A stretch of 64,000 nt of DNA from an uncultured Methanosarcinaceae archaeon. GTDB lineage: Archaea; Halobacteriota; Methanosarcinia; Methanosarcinales; Methanosarcinaceae. The stretch is taken from NCBI GenBank assembly GCA_963733675.1, contig CAVTET010000005.1, forward strand, positions 256,001 to 320,000, read 5' to 3'. The notes beneath the pieces are model-generated. The model saw only the letters and a program-made list of their open reading frames with translations, did not search any database and was not told the DNA's origin. Made by a program: the position numbers and the translations under genes. Shown here one piece after another: positions 1 to 10,799 of this stretch; the stretch's first letter is position 1, and each line of letters begins with the position of its first letter.

Positions 1-40
1 CAACTGAAAGCTTTAGGTATATAATAGTCTGAGGCAATAA

Positions 41-2226
41 ATGAATCTAGTAGAAAGCATCCAGAAATGGCTAACATTTCGATTGAGCGCAGAGCAGGAG
101 GATCGCTTTCGACAAGCCAATTTTGGTGCGGACGTCGAACAAGCCCGAATTTGTATTCTTCTGATTGTAATGCTCATAGCAGTCCTTGTAGTCAACGACT
201 ACTTTTTTTTTAGGCTCTCACGGATATTCTATCAGTTATTCGGATTTAGACTTGTGCTGGTTGTGTCTAGCGTCCTGTTCCTCACAAACTTGCCAAGACT
301 TACAGACTACAAGTCCTATGATCTAGCTGAATTCTTATGGGGCCTCTTTGTATCGATCGTCCTCATCACGATGAATACGATGCGACCTGAGACATTCGTC
401 GCTCACACAATTGTCACAGTTGTCATTGTTTTCATCACTATTCTCGCCATCCCTAATACTTTCACCAACCAGCTTACTCTGTCTCTGGTGTATACAGTTG
501 GAGAGACGCTAGTTGTCGCACCCAGTCTATTTGTATCACTATATTCTGCCACTTCCTTCACGGTTCTTTTCAGCCTGCTCTGTGCGAACTCCTTTGCCAT
601 TACAGCTGGTTGGTTGCTTCATTCCTCGCGCCGGATGGAATTCCTGGCTCGTGAAGAAGAACATAAAGCCAAAAAGGAAGCTGAGATGCAGCTTGCAGAG
701 CGTAAACATGCTGAAGAAATGCTGCTGCGAAAAAAAGAAGAACTCGATGAAGCTCAACGCATCTCTCATGTAGGCAGTTGGTATTGGGATACCAAGACTG
801 ATGACTACATCGTGTCAGATGAATTACCATGCATATTCGGTCAAGTAAGTATACCCCCATTCCAAAAACAGAAAGAAACTATGTACCCTCCTAAATCATG
901 GGAGCTATTGAATGTAGCTATCCAAAGGGCGGTGCGAACCGGAATTAGCTATGAACTAGACCTTGAAGCTCTCCATGGAGATGGGTACACTATATGGATT
1001 ACGATCCGAGGTAAGGTTGTGCGTGACGCCTGTGGGAGAACCATTGGTTTGAATGGCACTGTTCAAGATATCACCGAACGCAAAAAATTTGAGGAAGCCC
1101 TTAAAGAAGCACACAACAGTTTAGATAAATTAATTGATGAGCGTACAGCAGAGCTTAAGAAAGCATATGAATATTTAGAAGAAAGTAGAAACAGTCTTAT
1201 TGAAGCTCAAAGAATAGCTAGCCTTGGAAATTGGAATTGGGATATTATAACAAATGAATTCTATTGTTCTGACGAAATTTATCGTATTTTTGGGCGCACT
1301 CCTCAAGAATTCTGCGCAACTTACGACAAGTTTTTAAGCCATGTACATCCAGATGACAGAGACTATGTAAATAATGCCTTAAAAGGAGCTTTAAATGGAG
1401 AACCCTATAACATTGATCATAGGATAATTTTAGCCAACGGAAAAGAACGTATAGTCAATGAGCAAGCTGAAGTTATTTTTGATGAAAAAAATATCCCTAT
1501 TCGAATTAAAGGTACAGTCCAGGATATTACGAAGCGTAAAAGGCAGAAGAAGCTCTGAAAAATATTCAAAACACCCGGAAAAAGGAAATTCACCATAGGA
1601 TCAAGAATAATCTTCAGATCATCTCTTCCCTTATTGATCTTCAAGCTGAAAAGTTCAGAGGTCGAAAAGATATAACGGACTACGAAGTCCTAGAAGCCTT
1701 CAAGGAAAGCCAATACAGAGTGATATCTATAGCTCTTATTCATGAGGAACTACATGGAGGCAGAGGAGGAGACACTGTAGTTTTCGCATCATATCTTGAA
1801 AAACTTGTTAATAACCTTTTTCGGACATACAGAGCTGGAGATGGCAATGCCAACTTAAATATTGATCTGGAAGAAAGCCTTTGCTTTGATATGGATACTG
1901 CACTCCCATTAGGAATGATTGTTAATGAACTCGTTTCTAACTCCCTCAAACATGCATTTCCCGACAGAGCTAAGGGAGAAATTCAAATCAAACTTCATAG
2001 AGAAGAAAACAAAAACGAAGGCTTTAAATTTACCTGTTTTACCCTGGAAGTCTCGGACAATGGCGTGGGCATTCCTGAGAACTTTGAAATTGAAGATCTT
2101 AATAGTCTTGGATTTAAGCAGGTAGCTTCCCTTGTAGATCAATTAGGTGGGAAATTTGACCTGAAAAGGTACAATGGCACGAAATTCACGATGAGGTTCA
2201 AGGTAATAAAAAAGGATAAGCATTAA
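41..2226 (+). pseudogene. Membrane-bound PAS-domain sensor histidine kinase (HisKA_2/HATPase_c), split by one frameshift
   Basis: ORF 41..1558 has about 6 TM helices plus two PAS/PAC domains. Adding one A to the run at 1538-1541 gives KRKKAEEALK..EIHHRIKNNLQIISSL (H-box), which is open into ORF 1720..2226 (NELVSNSLKHAF, DNGVG). Confidence 0.9.
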
Positions 2227-2717
2227 CTAATATAAAATGTACCGTTTTTATGGTAAAACTTATGCATTATCTTAGTTTCAGCCAAAGTTTGAGAACATTT
2301 TTACACTTATCTAAAGGAAAAAGCATACATTTTATCAAAATCAGTGCTGCAAAAACAGTCAAAATATACATATCTTTACTTTTTGACGAATCAAAAATAA
2401 GTAGTGTCTGTGAGCTATTGATCAATTCCGAAAAAAACTGTACATCTCCACAAGTATTTGAAGAAAAATATACCGAGATTCTTTTGATTAAGGTTTTCAA
2501 CAACTTACAACCGTTGCCTAAAAAAGTAGATCTGATTTTGGAATTATTGGTTATAGGTTAATAAAGTACTGAGGTTAGCTAGGTTGTTGTGCTGAGAACC
2601 AAAGCTAGAAAGCTAGTTTAGAAAAATAATACCTTAAGCTCCCGAAGCAAGATAATTTAGCTATCTGTTTTGAATATTATCGAGAGCTTTTAAGCAAGTT
2701 ATTCCGAGATTTCGATC

Positions 2718-3965
2718 CTAGTTATTAATTTTTGCAATAAGTGATTCTACAGATCTTTTATCACCAATCTTGCCGAGAGCTTCTGCTGAAATTGCTCTGA
2801 TATTGTTATCAAAACCTTCATTTAATTTTTTAATAAGTGGCTCTACAGCTCTTATATCTCCAATATTACCAAGAGCTTCTGCTGAATTCCCTTTAACACC
2901 ACTGTAAAAATCGCCCAATTTTTTAATAAGTGGCTCTACAGCTCTTATATCTCCAATATTACCAAGAGCTTTGGCTGAACTCGCTCTGACATTGTTGTCT
3001 GAATCATTGTCTAATTTTTCAATAAGTTTTTCCACAGCTCTTTTATCACCAATATTGCCGAGAGCATTTATTGAATTCATTTTGACACCGCTGTTAGAAT
3101 CATCCAGTTTTTTAATAAGTGGTCCCACAACTCTTTTATCACCAATCTTGCCAAGAGCTTCTGCTGAAACGCTTCTGATATAATCATTAGGGTCGTTCAA
3201 TTTTTTAATAAGTTCTTCAACAGCACGTTCATCCCCGATACTATCAAGAGCTTTTATTGAACTCACTATGACTCCGAGGTCAAAATGATTAATATTTTTG
3301 ATAAGTTGTTCAACAGTTCTTTTATCCCTAATATTACCTAGAACATCAGCTACTTTGCTTTTAATATTTGAATTTCCGCATTCTAACAATTTAATATATA
3401 ATTCAATATCTTTGTTCTTTTGGTTCTCTGATATTAGATCCCACTTATCTGCATCTGTACTCAGAGATAAATAACATGCCTCTATATCTCTACCTTGGGA
3501 CAGATTGTACAACATTTCTTCATGTGTATTTAAGCCGGTTACAGTGCTTATTATCCAAAAAGAAAAGTAAATAATTGCGATTAATGATGAAAATAGTGAA
3601 ATTAAAGAGCCAAAGTACAAGACACTAATTTCTAATCCTATAGGTTTATAAAAACTGAAAATAAAAAGTACAAATCCATTAAAATAAATAGTAATAGCAA
3701 TTGTATAAGACACAAATTTAAATGGCGGTTTTAACAAATCACCAATTAAACTAGTAGCTTTTTGATTATTTTTTTGTATACTTAATACCAAAACCGCAAT
3801 AAATAGGGCATATAATGCAGCTATTGTTTCCATTATTGAAGAGGGCATCCAGAAATAATTGCTCAGATCCCGATTTCCATTCATATTTTTAGTGATTTCA
3901 ATAACGATACAACTGAGTATAATGATAATGATTATTAAAGTCATTTCTAATTTGTATCGTCTCAT
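2718..3965 (-). CDS. Membrane-anchored HEAT-repeat (PBS-lyase-like) protein
   Basis: About 4 N-terminal hydrophobic helices followed by repeated 'SAEALGKIGDKRAVEPLIKKL' units. Ends at TAG. Confidence 0.85.
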   Translation of the reverse strand: MRRYKLEMTLIIIIIILSCIVIEITKNMNGNRDLSNYFWMPSSIMETIAALYALFIAVLVLSIQKNNQKATSLIGDLLKPPFKFVSYTIAITIYFNGFVLFIFSFYKPIGLEISVLYFGSLISLFSSLIAIIYFSFWIISTVTGLNTHEEMLYNLSQGRDIEACYLSLSTDADKWDLISENQKNKDIELYIKLLECGNSNIKSKVADVLGNIRDKRTVEQLIKNINHFDLGVIVSSIKALDSIGDERAVEELIKKLNDPNDYIRSVSAEALGKIGDKRVVGPLIKKLDDSNSGVKMNSINALGNIGDKRAVEKLIEKLDNDSDNNVRASSAKALGNIGDIRAVEPLIKKLGDFYSGVKGNSAEALGNIGDIRAVEPLIKKLNEGFDNNIRAISAEALGKIGDKRSVESLIAKINN

Positions 3966-4267
3966 AATTTTCTAAGTACCTAGCAAATCCTATTAAATCT
4001 TATTGAATCTGATAAACATTTGGATAGTTTGATTTCATATCGCGCTGTTGGTCGTTTTGGACTTACATGCTTGAGGTACAAAATCCAATACAATGAATAC
4101 GGTGGTTTAAATATTCATTTTGAATAGTTGGAGGTTTAAATGATATTAATTTCACAGTTCAATTGCATAAGTTTTATATTGTTTATCTCCAGAAGCTATT
4201 CACACTTTTTGGTTAATTTATATACATGTCCTACTTAATTTAAGTAGCTTTTAATTGCCTATTAGCC

Positions 4268-4489
4268 TTAAACGCAAAATTCCTCTCCAAGAGTAGTATC
4301 AATACACTCACGACATATCATCCTGGGGAGATCTTTTTTTAGCGTCAAATGGGCTAGGGGGTATCCTCCTTTCATCGGCAACTCCACTTGCTTTATATGT
4401 TCCAAGCAGAGGCCTTTCCCACAGACAATGCAAACACCTACTGCTTCATTGACTTTATTATCTTCATAGCAATCATAGCATCTTAGCAT
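4268..4489 (-). CDS. DUF2180 family small Cys-rich protein
   Basis: CYDC..AVGVCIVCGKGLCLEH..MICRECI pattern; GGTGA RBS upstream. Confidence 0.85.
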   Translation of the reverse strand: MLRCYDCYEDNKVNEAVGVCIVCGKGLCLEHIKQVELPMKGGYPLAHLTLKKDLPRMICRECIDTTLGEEFCV

Positions 4490-4500
4490 TCTTGATCACC

Positions 4501-4731
4501 TCAACAAACCTCATTAAAAAGGCAGTTTTCTTTTAGGGATTCATGGCAAGGTAGGCAGACGATTCTTTTGATATGCTCAAGGTCGGGCTTCAGCTCGATC
4601 GGATAAGTTCCTTCCCATACAGGGATTTCCTCATGTATAAGGTGTTCCTTACATACGCTTCGCCCACATACAATACAAATTCCAACAGCATCTACATCTT
4701 TGCCTTCTCTAGCACATTCGTAGCATTTCAT
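4501..4731 (-). CDS. DUF2180 family small Cys-rich protein (tandem paralog)
   Basis: CYEC..AVGICIVCGRSVCKEH..IVCLPCH pattern; GGAGG RBS upstream. Confidence 0.85.
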   Translation of the reverse strand: MKCYECAREGKDVDAVGICIVCGRSVCKEHLIHEEIPVWEGTYPIELKPDLEHIKRIVCLPCHESLKENCLFNEVC

Positions 4732-4827
4732 ATATTTTCCTCCGCATTAGAAGAGTTGTTTCTTCCTCTAACATCTCTATGTCTAAAAGTAATGTCAGTA
4801 TAACTAAATAGAGTTTTGTGGATATTT

Positions 4828-4953
4828 TCATCGCTCTTTTACAAGAGTTATCACTTCTCCACAACAAACGAGGGTTCTGCCCCCTTCTTCTTCTACAACA
4901 ACCCCATTGCCAACATCACAATAGTATTTTTCCTCTTTAGCACATACACCAAT
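4828..4953 (-). pseudogene. Desulforedoxin (desulfoferrodoxin FeS4 domain) relic
   Basis: Hand translation: IGVCAKEEKYYCDV-GNGVVVEEE, frameshift, GRTLVCCGEVITLVKER*. The second Cys of CxxC is lost and there is no ATG start. Confidence 0.7.
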
Positions 4954-5092
4954 AACTTGCTCACTCTTTTTTCGTTGAATTCAATTTTCTTTAAATAATT
5001 AATAATTAATTTTCTTTTTATTTACTGATTTCTCAGTTAAACAGCATAAATTAATTTAATATCAAATTTGTGTCTGCCTTGAGTCCTTCATA

Positions 5093-5181
5093 AAGTATTT
5101 TGAGAAACCTCTGATTTCAACTAAGTATTTATTTACGTTTTATAAACAATCCGCCCAGAATTGGGGTTTATCGAAATTCTC
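5093..5181. repeat. 89-bp TIR-bounded (MITE-like) element, copy 1
   Basis: AAGTATTTTGAGAAAC ... GTTTATCGAAATTCTC. Confidence 0.55.
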
Positions 5182-5254
5182 TTATGTTTACATTCTCTGA
5201 AATAAGGTATCATAAAGTAGGTTTAAGTGTCCATATTTGAGCATTGCAGGAAAT

Positions 5255-6607
5255 TTAGAGCATGTATGGAATATCCGAAAATACAGTTGGATAGGTAAAA
5301 ATCATCTTTTGTATGTCTGATGCTTTGAGTCCAAGCCTCATCACTGCAGCGAAAATGTTGATGGCTTCCTCAGCATGAGGACCCAGGATATGAGCTCCTA
5401 TTATACGATCGTTTGCTTCATCAAGAATTACCTTTGAAGCCACAAATTCGATTCCTGGAATTTTTGTTGTTTCCCAGTTGCTTCTGTCCCGGAAGATTAC
5501 CTTATAATTATTGATATCATTAGTTTCACTGATTCCTACTGAAGCCATTACAGGAATAGTATGAACTGCACTTGGGATTCCTGTATAATCAGCCTCGACA
5601 CTATTTTCATCAAGGACATTAGCTGCGGCAATTTCTCCCTGAAGTTTTGCAACAGAAGTGAGCTGCAGACCATCCAATGCACAGTCTCCTCCTGCATAGA
5701 TGCAGGTATTTGAGGTCCGCATGTGCTTATCGACTATAATAGATCCTCTCTCGATCCTAACCCCAGCTTTTTCGAGGAATAAATCCTCTATATCTGGAAC
5801 ACGACTTGCCCCATGTACCACCATATCAGTTTTGAAGCTCTGGGTTTCTGATCGAGTTTTGGATTTAAATTCAGTACTGACCAGAAAGTTGTCACCTTCG
5901 TTTTCGACCGAAATCACTTGTTGGTTTGTAAGGATTTTGATTCCTATAGCTTCGGATGCTTTTATAAGTAAATTTACCATATCAGAATCAAAAGATTTCA
6001 TGAGGCGTTCACTTCTGTGCAAAATTGTAACATCAGAACCGGCTCTTCGTGCAATATGAGCGAACTCTAGGGAGATATGACCACCTCCAATGAAAATAAT
6101 TCTTTCAGGGAGCTTTTCAGCCTCCATAAACTCCTCACTTGTTGTGATATATTCTTCTCCGGGAATGTTGAGTTTTCTCGGCTTTGAACCTGTAGCAAGA
6201 AAAATATACTTTCCTCTAAGCTTATCCTCCCCGACCACTATAGTATTTTGATTCTCAAAGTGAGCTCTTCCATGATACGTATCAATCCCTAGCTCAATGT
6301 AATGCTTCTCAGTTTTCCTAGGACATTCTTCCATAAATGTCTTCTTGAACCTGATAAGCGAAGACCAGTTAATTTTTAAAGGATTTTGTATCCCGGCACC
6401 TTTCCCAATCAGTCGATTATTCCAGTCTGTGATCTGAGTGATATCTGTGAATATTTTTTTCAGATCACATCCTCCGGGAGGAGAAATGCCCCCATATTTT
6501 CTCGACTCAACCATAGCTATTTTTAAGCCTGAAGACACAACTTTATCCACAAAAATTCTGCCAGCAGTCCCAGTTCCGATAACCACAATATCATAATCCT
6601 TTTCCAT
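5255..6607 (-). CDS. Pyridine nucleotide-disulfide oxidoreductase (glutathione reductase/dihydrolipoamide dehydrogenase-like)
   Basis: VIGTGTAG FAD motif, IGGGHISLEFA NAD(P) motif, IYAGGD, C-terminal YPT dimerisation region. Confidence 0.9.
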   Translation of the reverse strand: MEKDYDIVVIGTGTAGRIFVDKVVSSGLKIAMVESRKYGGISPPGGCDLKKIFTDITQITDWNNRLIGKGAGIQNPLKINWSSLIRFKKTFMEECPRKTEKHYIELGIDTYHGRAHFENQNTIVVGEDKLRGKYIFLATGSKPRKLNIPGEEYITTSEEFMEAEKLPERIIFIGGGHISLEFAHIARRAGSDVTILHRSERLMKSFDSDMVNLLIKASEAIGIKILTNQQVISVENEGDNFLVSTEFKSKTRSETQSFKTDMVVHGASRVPDIEDLFLEKAGVRIERGSIIVDKHMRTSNTCIYAGGDCALDGLQLTSVAKLQGEIAAANVLDENSVEADYTGIPSAVHTIPVMASVGISETNDINNYKVIFRDRSNWETTKIPGIEFVASKVILDEANDRIIGAHILGPHAEEAINIFAAVMRLGLKASDIQKMIFTYPTVFSDIPYML

Positions 6608-7114
6608 AATTTTCCTTCCTTTTATCTAACATTGGATCGTAGCTTATATCCCCTGGTTCTTGATTGCTGCAAACACAAGTAATTACTGTAGCAAAAACAT
6701 TGATCCCTATGTTGGCTGAGCCTGGAGACAGGAAGGGGACCGTATAGTACGAAAAAATATTATATAGAGATAAATCCCAAAATATAGCTAACCCATTGCA
6801 GGAGATTAAACTCTCTGCTTAAAATTCCGTCTTCCTAATCCTTTAAGAAGAAACCGCATTCGTCCATATGTCCAAGTATACCGAATTTCATTGTGCCAAT
6901 TTTCCGGTAAAATCACTAGTCTCAAAAGTTATCTAGTAGAAAATTCTACCTCAAAAAAACCAAATTTATTACATTAAACAAAAACTTAACTTCAAATTTA
7001 CAGCAAATTTATGGAACCTCTTTTCTTATGATTAATATAAATGAAGTTACCAAAGCTACATAAGGACAATAAATTATTGAAAATTTTGGTAAACATCCGA
7101 TTTAAATAAATTGC

Positions 7115-7498
7115 TTATATTATCTCCCAATAAGGTTGAATTCCACACTGTTCATAAACCTTGGCTAATTCATCACGGGTTAAAGACCATTCTTCTTTAT
7201 CAAGGCCTTCTGCTTTTTCTAGGACAGATTTGTCAATCCTAAGGATATAATCGCCGCGATTATACTCAAGGGATTCCCAAGGGATGGCAAATAATTTATT
7301 ACCTATACCAAGAAAACCACCAAAAGAAAGTAGAGCATATGCTATTTTTCCGTTATCTGGATCAATCATCAACTCTTCAATCATTCCAAGATGTTCCTCT
7401 TTGACATTGACAACCTTAGACCCCTTTATTGTCGTTGTTGGCAAAAAAGTTCTATTCTCCATCTCCTGCGTCTCTTCAACTATTCCCATATCCTGCAA
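7115..7498 (-). CDS. PRC-barrel domain protein
   Basis: IKGSKVVN..EHLGMIEELMID..KIAYALLSFGGFLGIGNKLFAIPW. The start may be the ATG at 7489. Confidence 0.9.
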   Translation of the reverse strand: MQDMGIVEETQEMENRTFLPTTTIKGSKVVNVKEEHLGMIEELMIDPDNGKIAYALLSFGGFLGIGNKLFAIPWESLEYNRGDYILRIDKSVLEKAEGLDKEEWSLTRDELAKVYEQCGIQPYWEII

Positions 7499-7668
7499 CT
7501 CCTTAATTATTCATCTGCATCAAATGCTGCTTTAAGTTTTTCTTAATCTTCTTTAGCAAGAAATATTCTTCTTATCATTGCATTGAATTTGTTAAATCTT
7601 CATAGTGCCTTATATTCGTCCATTTTGCTATTAAGAGTAACAAAGTGGAATTGCCTTGTTTAATTGTA

Positions 7669-7696
7669 GCGACGATTTCCGTGATGAAATCGTCGC
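7669..7696. terminator. Perfect 11-bp GC-rich hairpin downstream of the DUF2769 gene
   Basis: GCGACGATTTC-CGTGAT-GAAATCGTCGC. Confidence 0.5.
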
Positions 7697-7718
7697 ACTA
7701 TTTCCCCATGTAAAAAAA

Positions 7719-8054
7719 TTAGGTTGCTCGACCGTTATCGCAGAAATACATTGTTGTGTCTGCATGCTCCAGACAATTTTCTACCCAGACAGAGCAGGTT
7801 TTGCAAATACAATCTTTGTTGGGGTCTAAGTCACTACAGGTGGCATTACCTGATGAGCAGTAAATTCCAGGAACCTTGTAAGGCTCTGGAGCTTCGTCTT
7901 GCCCTATAATTTTCATTTCATTTTTTAAGTTTTCAATTTTTTCCCTTGCGCATACACTGTCAGCTTGAACAGGACACTGGGGACACATGCATCTTTCGAT
8001 ATTTGATACATTATATGGAACTTTCACTTCTACGGGTGTATCCATTTCACTCAT
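7719..8054 (-). CDS. DUF2769 Cys-rich protein
   Basis: CMCPQCP...YCSSG..C..CICKTCSVW...YFC. Confidence 0.8.
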   Translation of the reverse strand: MSEMDTPVEVKVPYNVSNIERCMCPQCPVQADSVCAREKIENLKNEMKIIGQDEAPEPYKVPGIYCSSGNATCSDLDPNKDCICKTCSVWVENCLEHADTTMYFCDNGRAT

Positions 8055-8452
8055 TTTATTCCCTCAAAGATTATCTCTGTTATACTTAATTCGCGATAGA
8101 TATGAAAAGTTACTGTGTTAAAGTTACGATAAATCAATAATTGTAAAGATTTTGAATATTAAGATAATAATCTAGAAATCTGGGCATATACAAATTTCAC
8201 TTTTGTCATTTGGTTAAATTTAGTTGTTTTATTTCATCATTTACTTAACATTTTAAATATCAGCTATCGCTTTTTTCTTCAGCTAGGTAATCTTTTCTTA
8301 TCACTTATTTTTGCTTCCAACTATTGTATTTTCATATCCAGTTTTATTACTGTAACTTCCTTTTTTTGTTTTCCAGTCAGAAGACATAAATCTAAGATGT
8401 CGATTCAGAGTCATCATCACTTGTATTCCTGCTGTTTGTTCAGGCTACATAT

Positions 8453-8500
8453 TTAACCACAAATGTAGAATGTTATTTAACCACAAATGTAGAATGTTAT
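8453..8500 (+). repeat. 24-bp perfect tandem duplication
   Basis: TTAACCACAAATGTAGAATGTTAT x2. Confidence 0.85.
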
Positions 8501-9378
8501 CCATAAAATCAATTTTTAGGTAGTGTGCTTTAAGCTGCTCTTTAATCATTGATCAATTATTGAAAAATACGTATCTCTTCCGATTTTTGGCTGTTTATCT
8601 ATAAAGCAAATAACATAGAGAGGCATCAAAAGTTTTATCCAATTGATATTCTCAAATTATTTCAATATGTCTACACATCTTACAGGTCATCTGTTCGCTT
8701 TAAGCTACAATATATAATTAATTCAATTAGTTATTTTTAATTAACTATACAAAAAATGATTTGTGAATAAAAATTACTTCTGCATAAAATGTTTTAAAAT
8801 CGAACAATAATTTAATATAACTAATGTTCTGTTATTTTTGGAAGTCTTTATAAATTTAACATTGAACTGTTTTCGAAAAAAGCAATCCATATTAATTTTA
8901 GATCGAATTCTGGATCCAATTGTATCCAATTAGCTGGTTGATATTTTTCACCATAGAATGCACCCTGATCCAAATGCACCAATTTTTAAAGCTGACCTGC
9001 ATGCAGAAAATTAATAACTATATTACGCAGAAAATAGAATGCAGAGAGCAGTCTGTGATTTTTCTAGATAACAAAGTCTAAAAGCCCGTGCTATTGCTGT
9101 AAAACAATCATTTTAAACAAAATGATGACTTCAGCTTCAGGTTTAGCTCATAGAACTATTTTGTTAAAATATGTAGATTTAAAAATGGTATGAAATGATT
9201 TTCAATCAATTAAAGTATCATTTTTAGCAGATTTGTCTCCAACTAACTGAAGAAGGTTATATTTTTCTTGAAAAGCAAAATCAATAAGAGTTTTCATGAA
9301 TAAAAATTAATTTTAAGAGATTTTTTAACTCTCCAATACTCAAATGCAAAGGAGTTTATCAAAATTATCTGTAAAAGA

Positions 9379-9747
9379 TTATTCACTGACCCAAGTCTTT
9401 GCTTCAGGAAGTGCTTCATTCCTGTAAATTTTCACTGGACAAGGAATGACAAACTTAAATATTTTAGCTGCATTAATTATCCAGTCCACGTCAGAGACAA
9501 CTGCAATCTTTTCAAATGCAGTATAATACCATATGCCAACTTTGTTATCTTCCCACATAGCTTCATAGGTAAAACCTGTGAAATTTGGGCCCAAATGATA
9601 GAGCATACGAATCTTCTCATGCTTTTGTATTTTACTCTCAATGACAGGAATTAACACATTGTCATAGTCTTCCCTCGTTATATTTCCGCTTGCAATGACT
9701 GCTACGACGTTTTCAGGTAAACCTTGCATTATTTCTATCATTTTCAC
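9379..9747 (-). CDS. STAS/SEC14 (SpoIIAA-like) domain protein
   Basis: NVVAVIASGNITREDY..FEKIAVVSDVDWI..EAKTWV. Confidence 0.85.
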   Translation of the reverse strand: MKMIEIMQGLPENVVAVIASGNITREDYDNVLIPVIESKIQKHEKIRMLYHLGPNFTGFTYEAMWEDNKVGIWYYTAFEKIAVVSDVDWIINAAKIFKFVIPCPVKIYRNEALPEAKTWVSE

Positions 9748-10090
9748 TTTCCTTCTTGATATTCAACAATTTCAGTGTTTCACTGGGTATTCAGACTAAC
9801 CTTTGTTGCAACTTTCTCACCCGCAAAACTGATCATAAAGGGCATAAAAACATAGTGCATAGCGCATAAAGCATATTCAAAAATTCAGGTTTTTGAATCT
9901 ATCACTAGTTAACTAATTCTCTACCAAATAATTGATTTATTTTTGAATCTATGACTGGGGATTCTAACAAATGATATGACCCAGAAAATGACCTGATGCG
10001 AAACTCCGGGAAACATTTGGCTTCATGTCATCTGAATACTTAATGCACGGAAACTTACCTAATAAAAGTTAGCAGATTCAAGATAAGCAC

Positions 10091-10639
10091 TTATTTAAAT
10101 GCAGTAAAATTGTTTTTCAATGCACTGCATATCGGACAAATATCGGGTGCTTCTCCTTCAAGGGTATACCCGCATACTTCGCAAACCTGGATAGGACCCA
10201 AGTCAACGTCTTTTCCGGAACTAACTGATTCTAATGCTTTTTCATAAAGCATTTTGTGCATTTTTTCAGTACCGTACGACCATTCAAAACTTCTTTGTGC
10301 GCCATTTTCTCCCTGAAATTTTGCAACTTCAATGTATGTAGGATACATTTCCTCAATTTCAGATGTTTCCCCAGCAATAGCTAGTTTAAGGTTTTTCTCG
10401 GAATCACCCTGGCCAAAAACTGCCATGCTATTTGCGACAAATCCTCCATCAAGGTGTTTTAATTCCTGAAAATGGTCTCCTGCATGTATATATTCAGCAT
10501 AAGCGATTGCGCGGAACAATCGAGCAAGATTATTAAGTTTTTCATTTTTGGCCTGATTTGCAAAATGAACATACCTCATATATGCTTGACTTTCTCCTCC
10601 AAACGCATTGATAAGATTTTGTTCTGTTATCTTTTTCAT
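10091..10639 (-). CDS. rbr: Rubrerythrin
   Basis: AFGGESQA..AEYIHA diiron motifs plus C-terminal CEVCGY..CPIC rubredoxin-like site. Confidence 0.92.
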   Translation of the reverse strand: MKKITEQNLINAFGGESQAYMRYVHFANQAKNEKLNNLARLFRAIAYAEYIHAGDHFQELKHLDGGFVANSMAVFGQGDSEKNLKLAIAGETSEIEEMYPTYIEVAKFQGENGAQRSFEWSYGTEKMHKMLYEKALESVSSGKDVDLGPIQVCEVCGYTLEGEAPDICPICSALKNNFTAFK

Positions 10640-10799
10640 TTAAAACCCCCTTTCAATAAAATTCAATAATTTCAGATCTTAGGCCTTGCCTATCTGATGA
10701 ACAATTAAAGCATGTGCAGACCTATCATAAATATAATAATTTAGACATTTTGAGATCTTATGCTATTATTTTTAGTTCAATTGCACAAGCCTGAATTCA

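Noticed and set aside
2250-2561. 103-aa ORF and its antisense partner
   Set aside because: No recognisable motif or RBS; probably chance ORFs in AT-rich DNA.
8210-8500. Possible relic of a small coiled-coil protein (LTGKQKKEVTVIKLDMKIQ*LEAKI)
   Set aside because: Too degraded to delimit or assign without a search.
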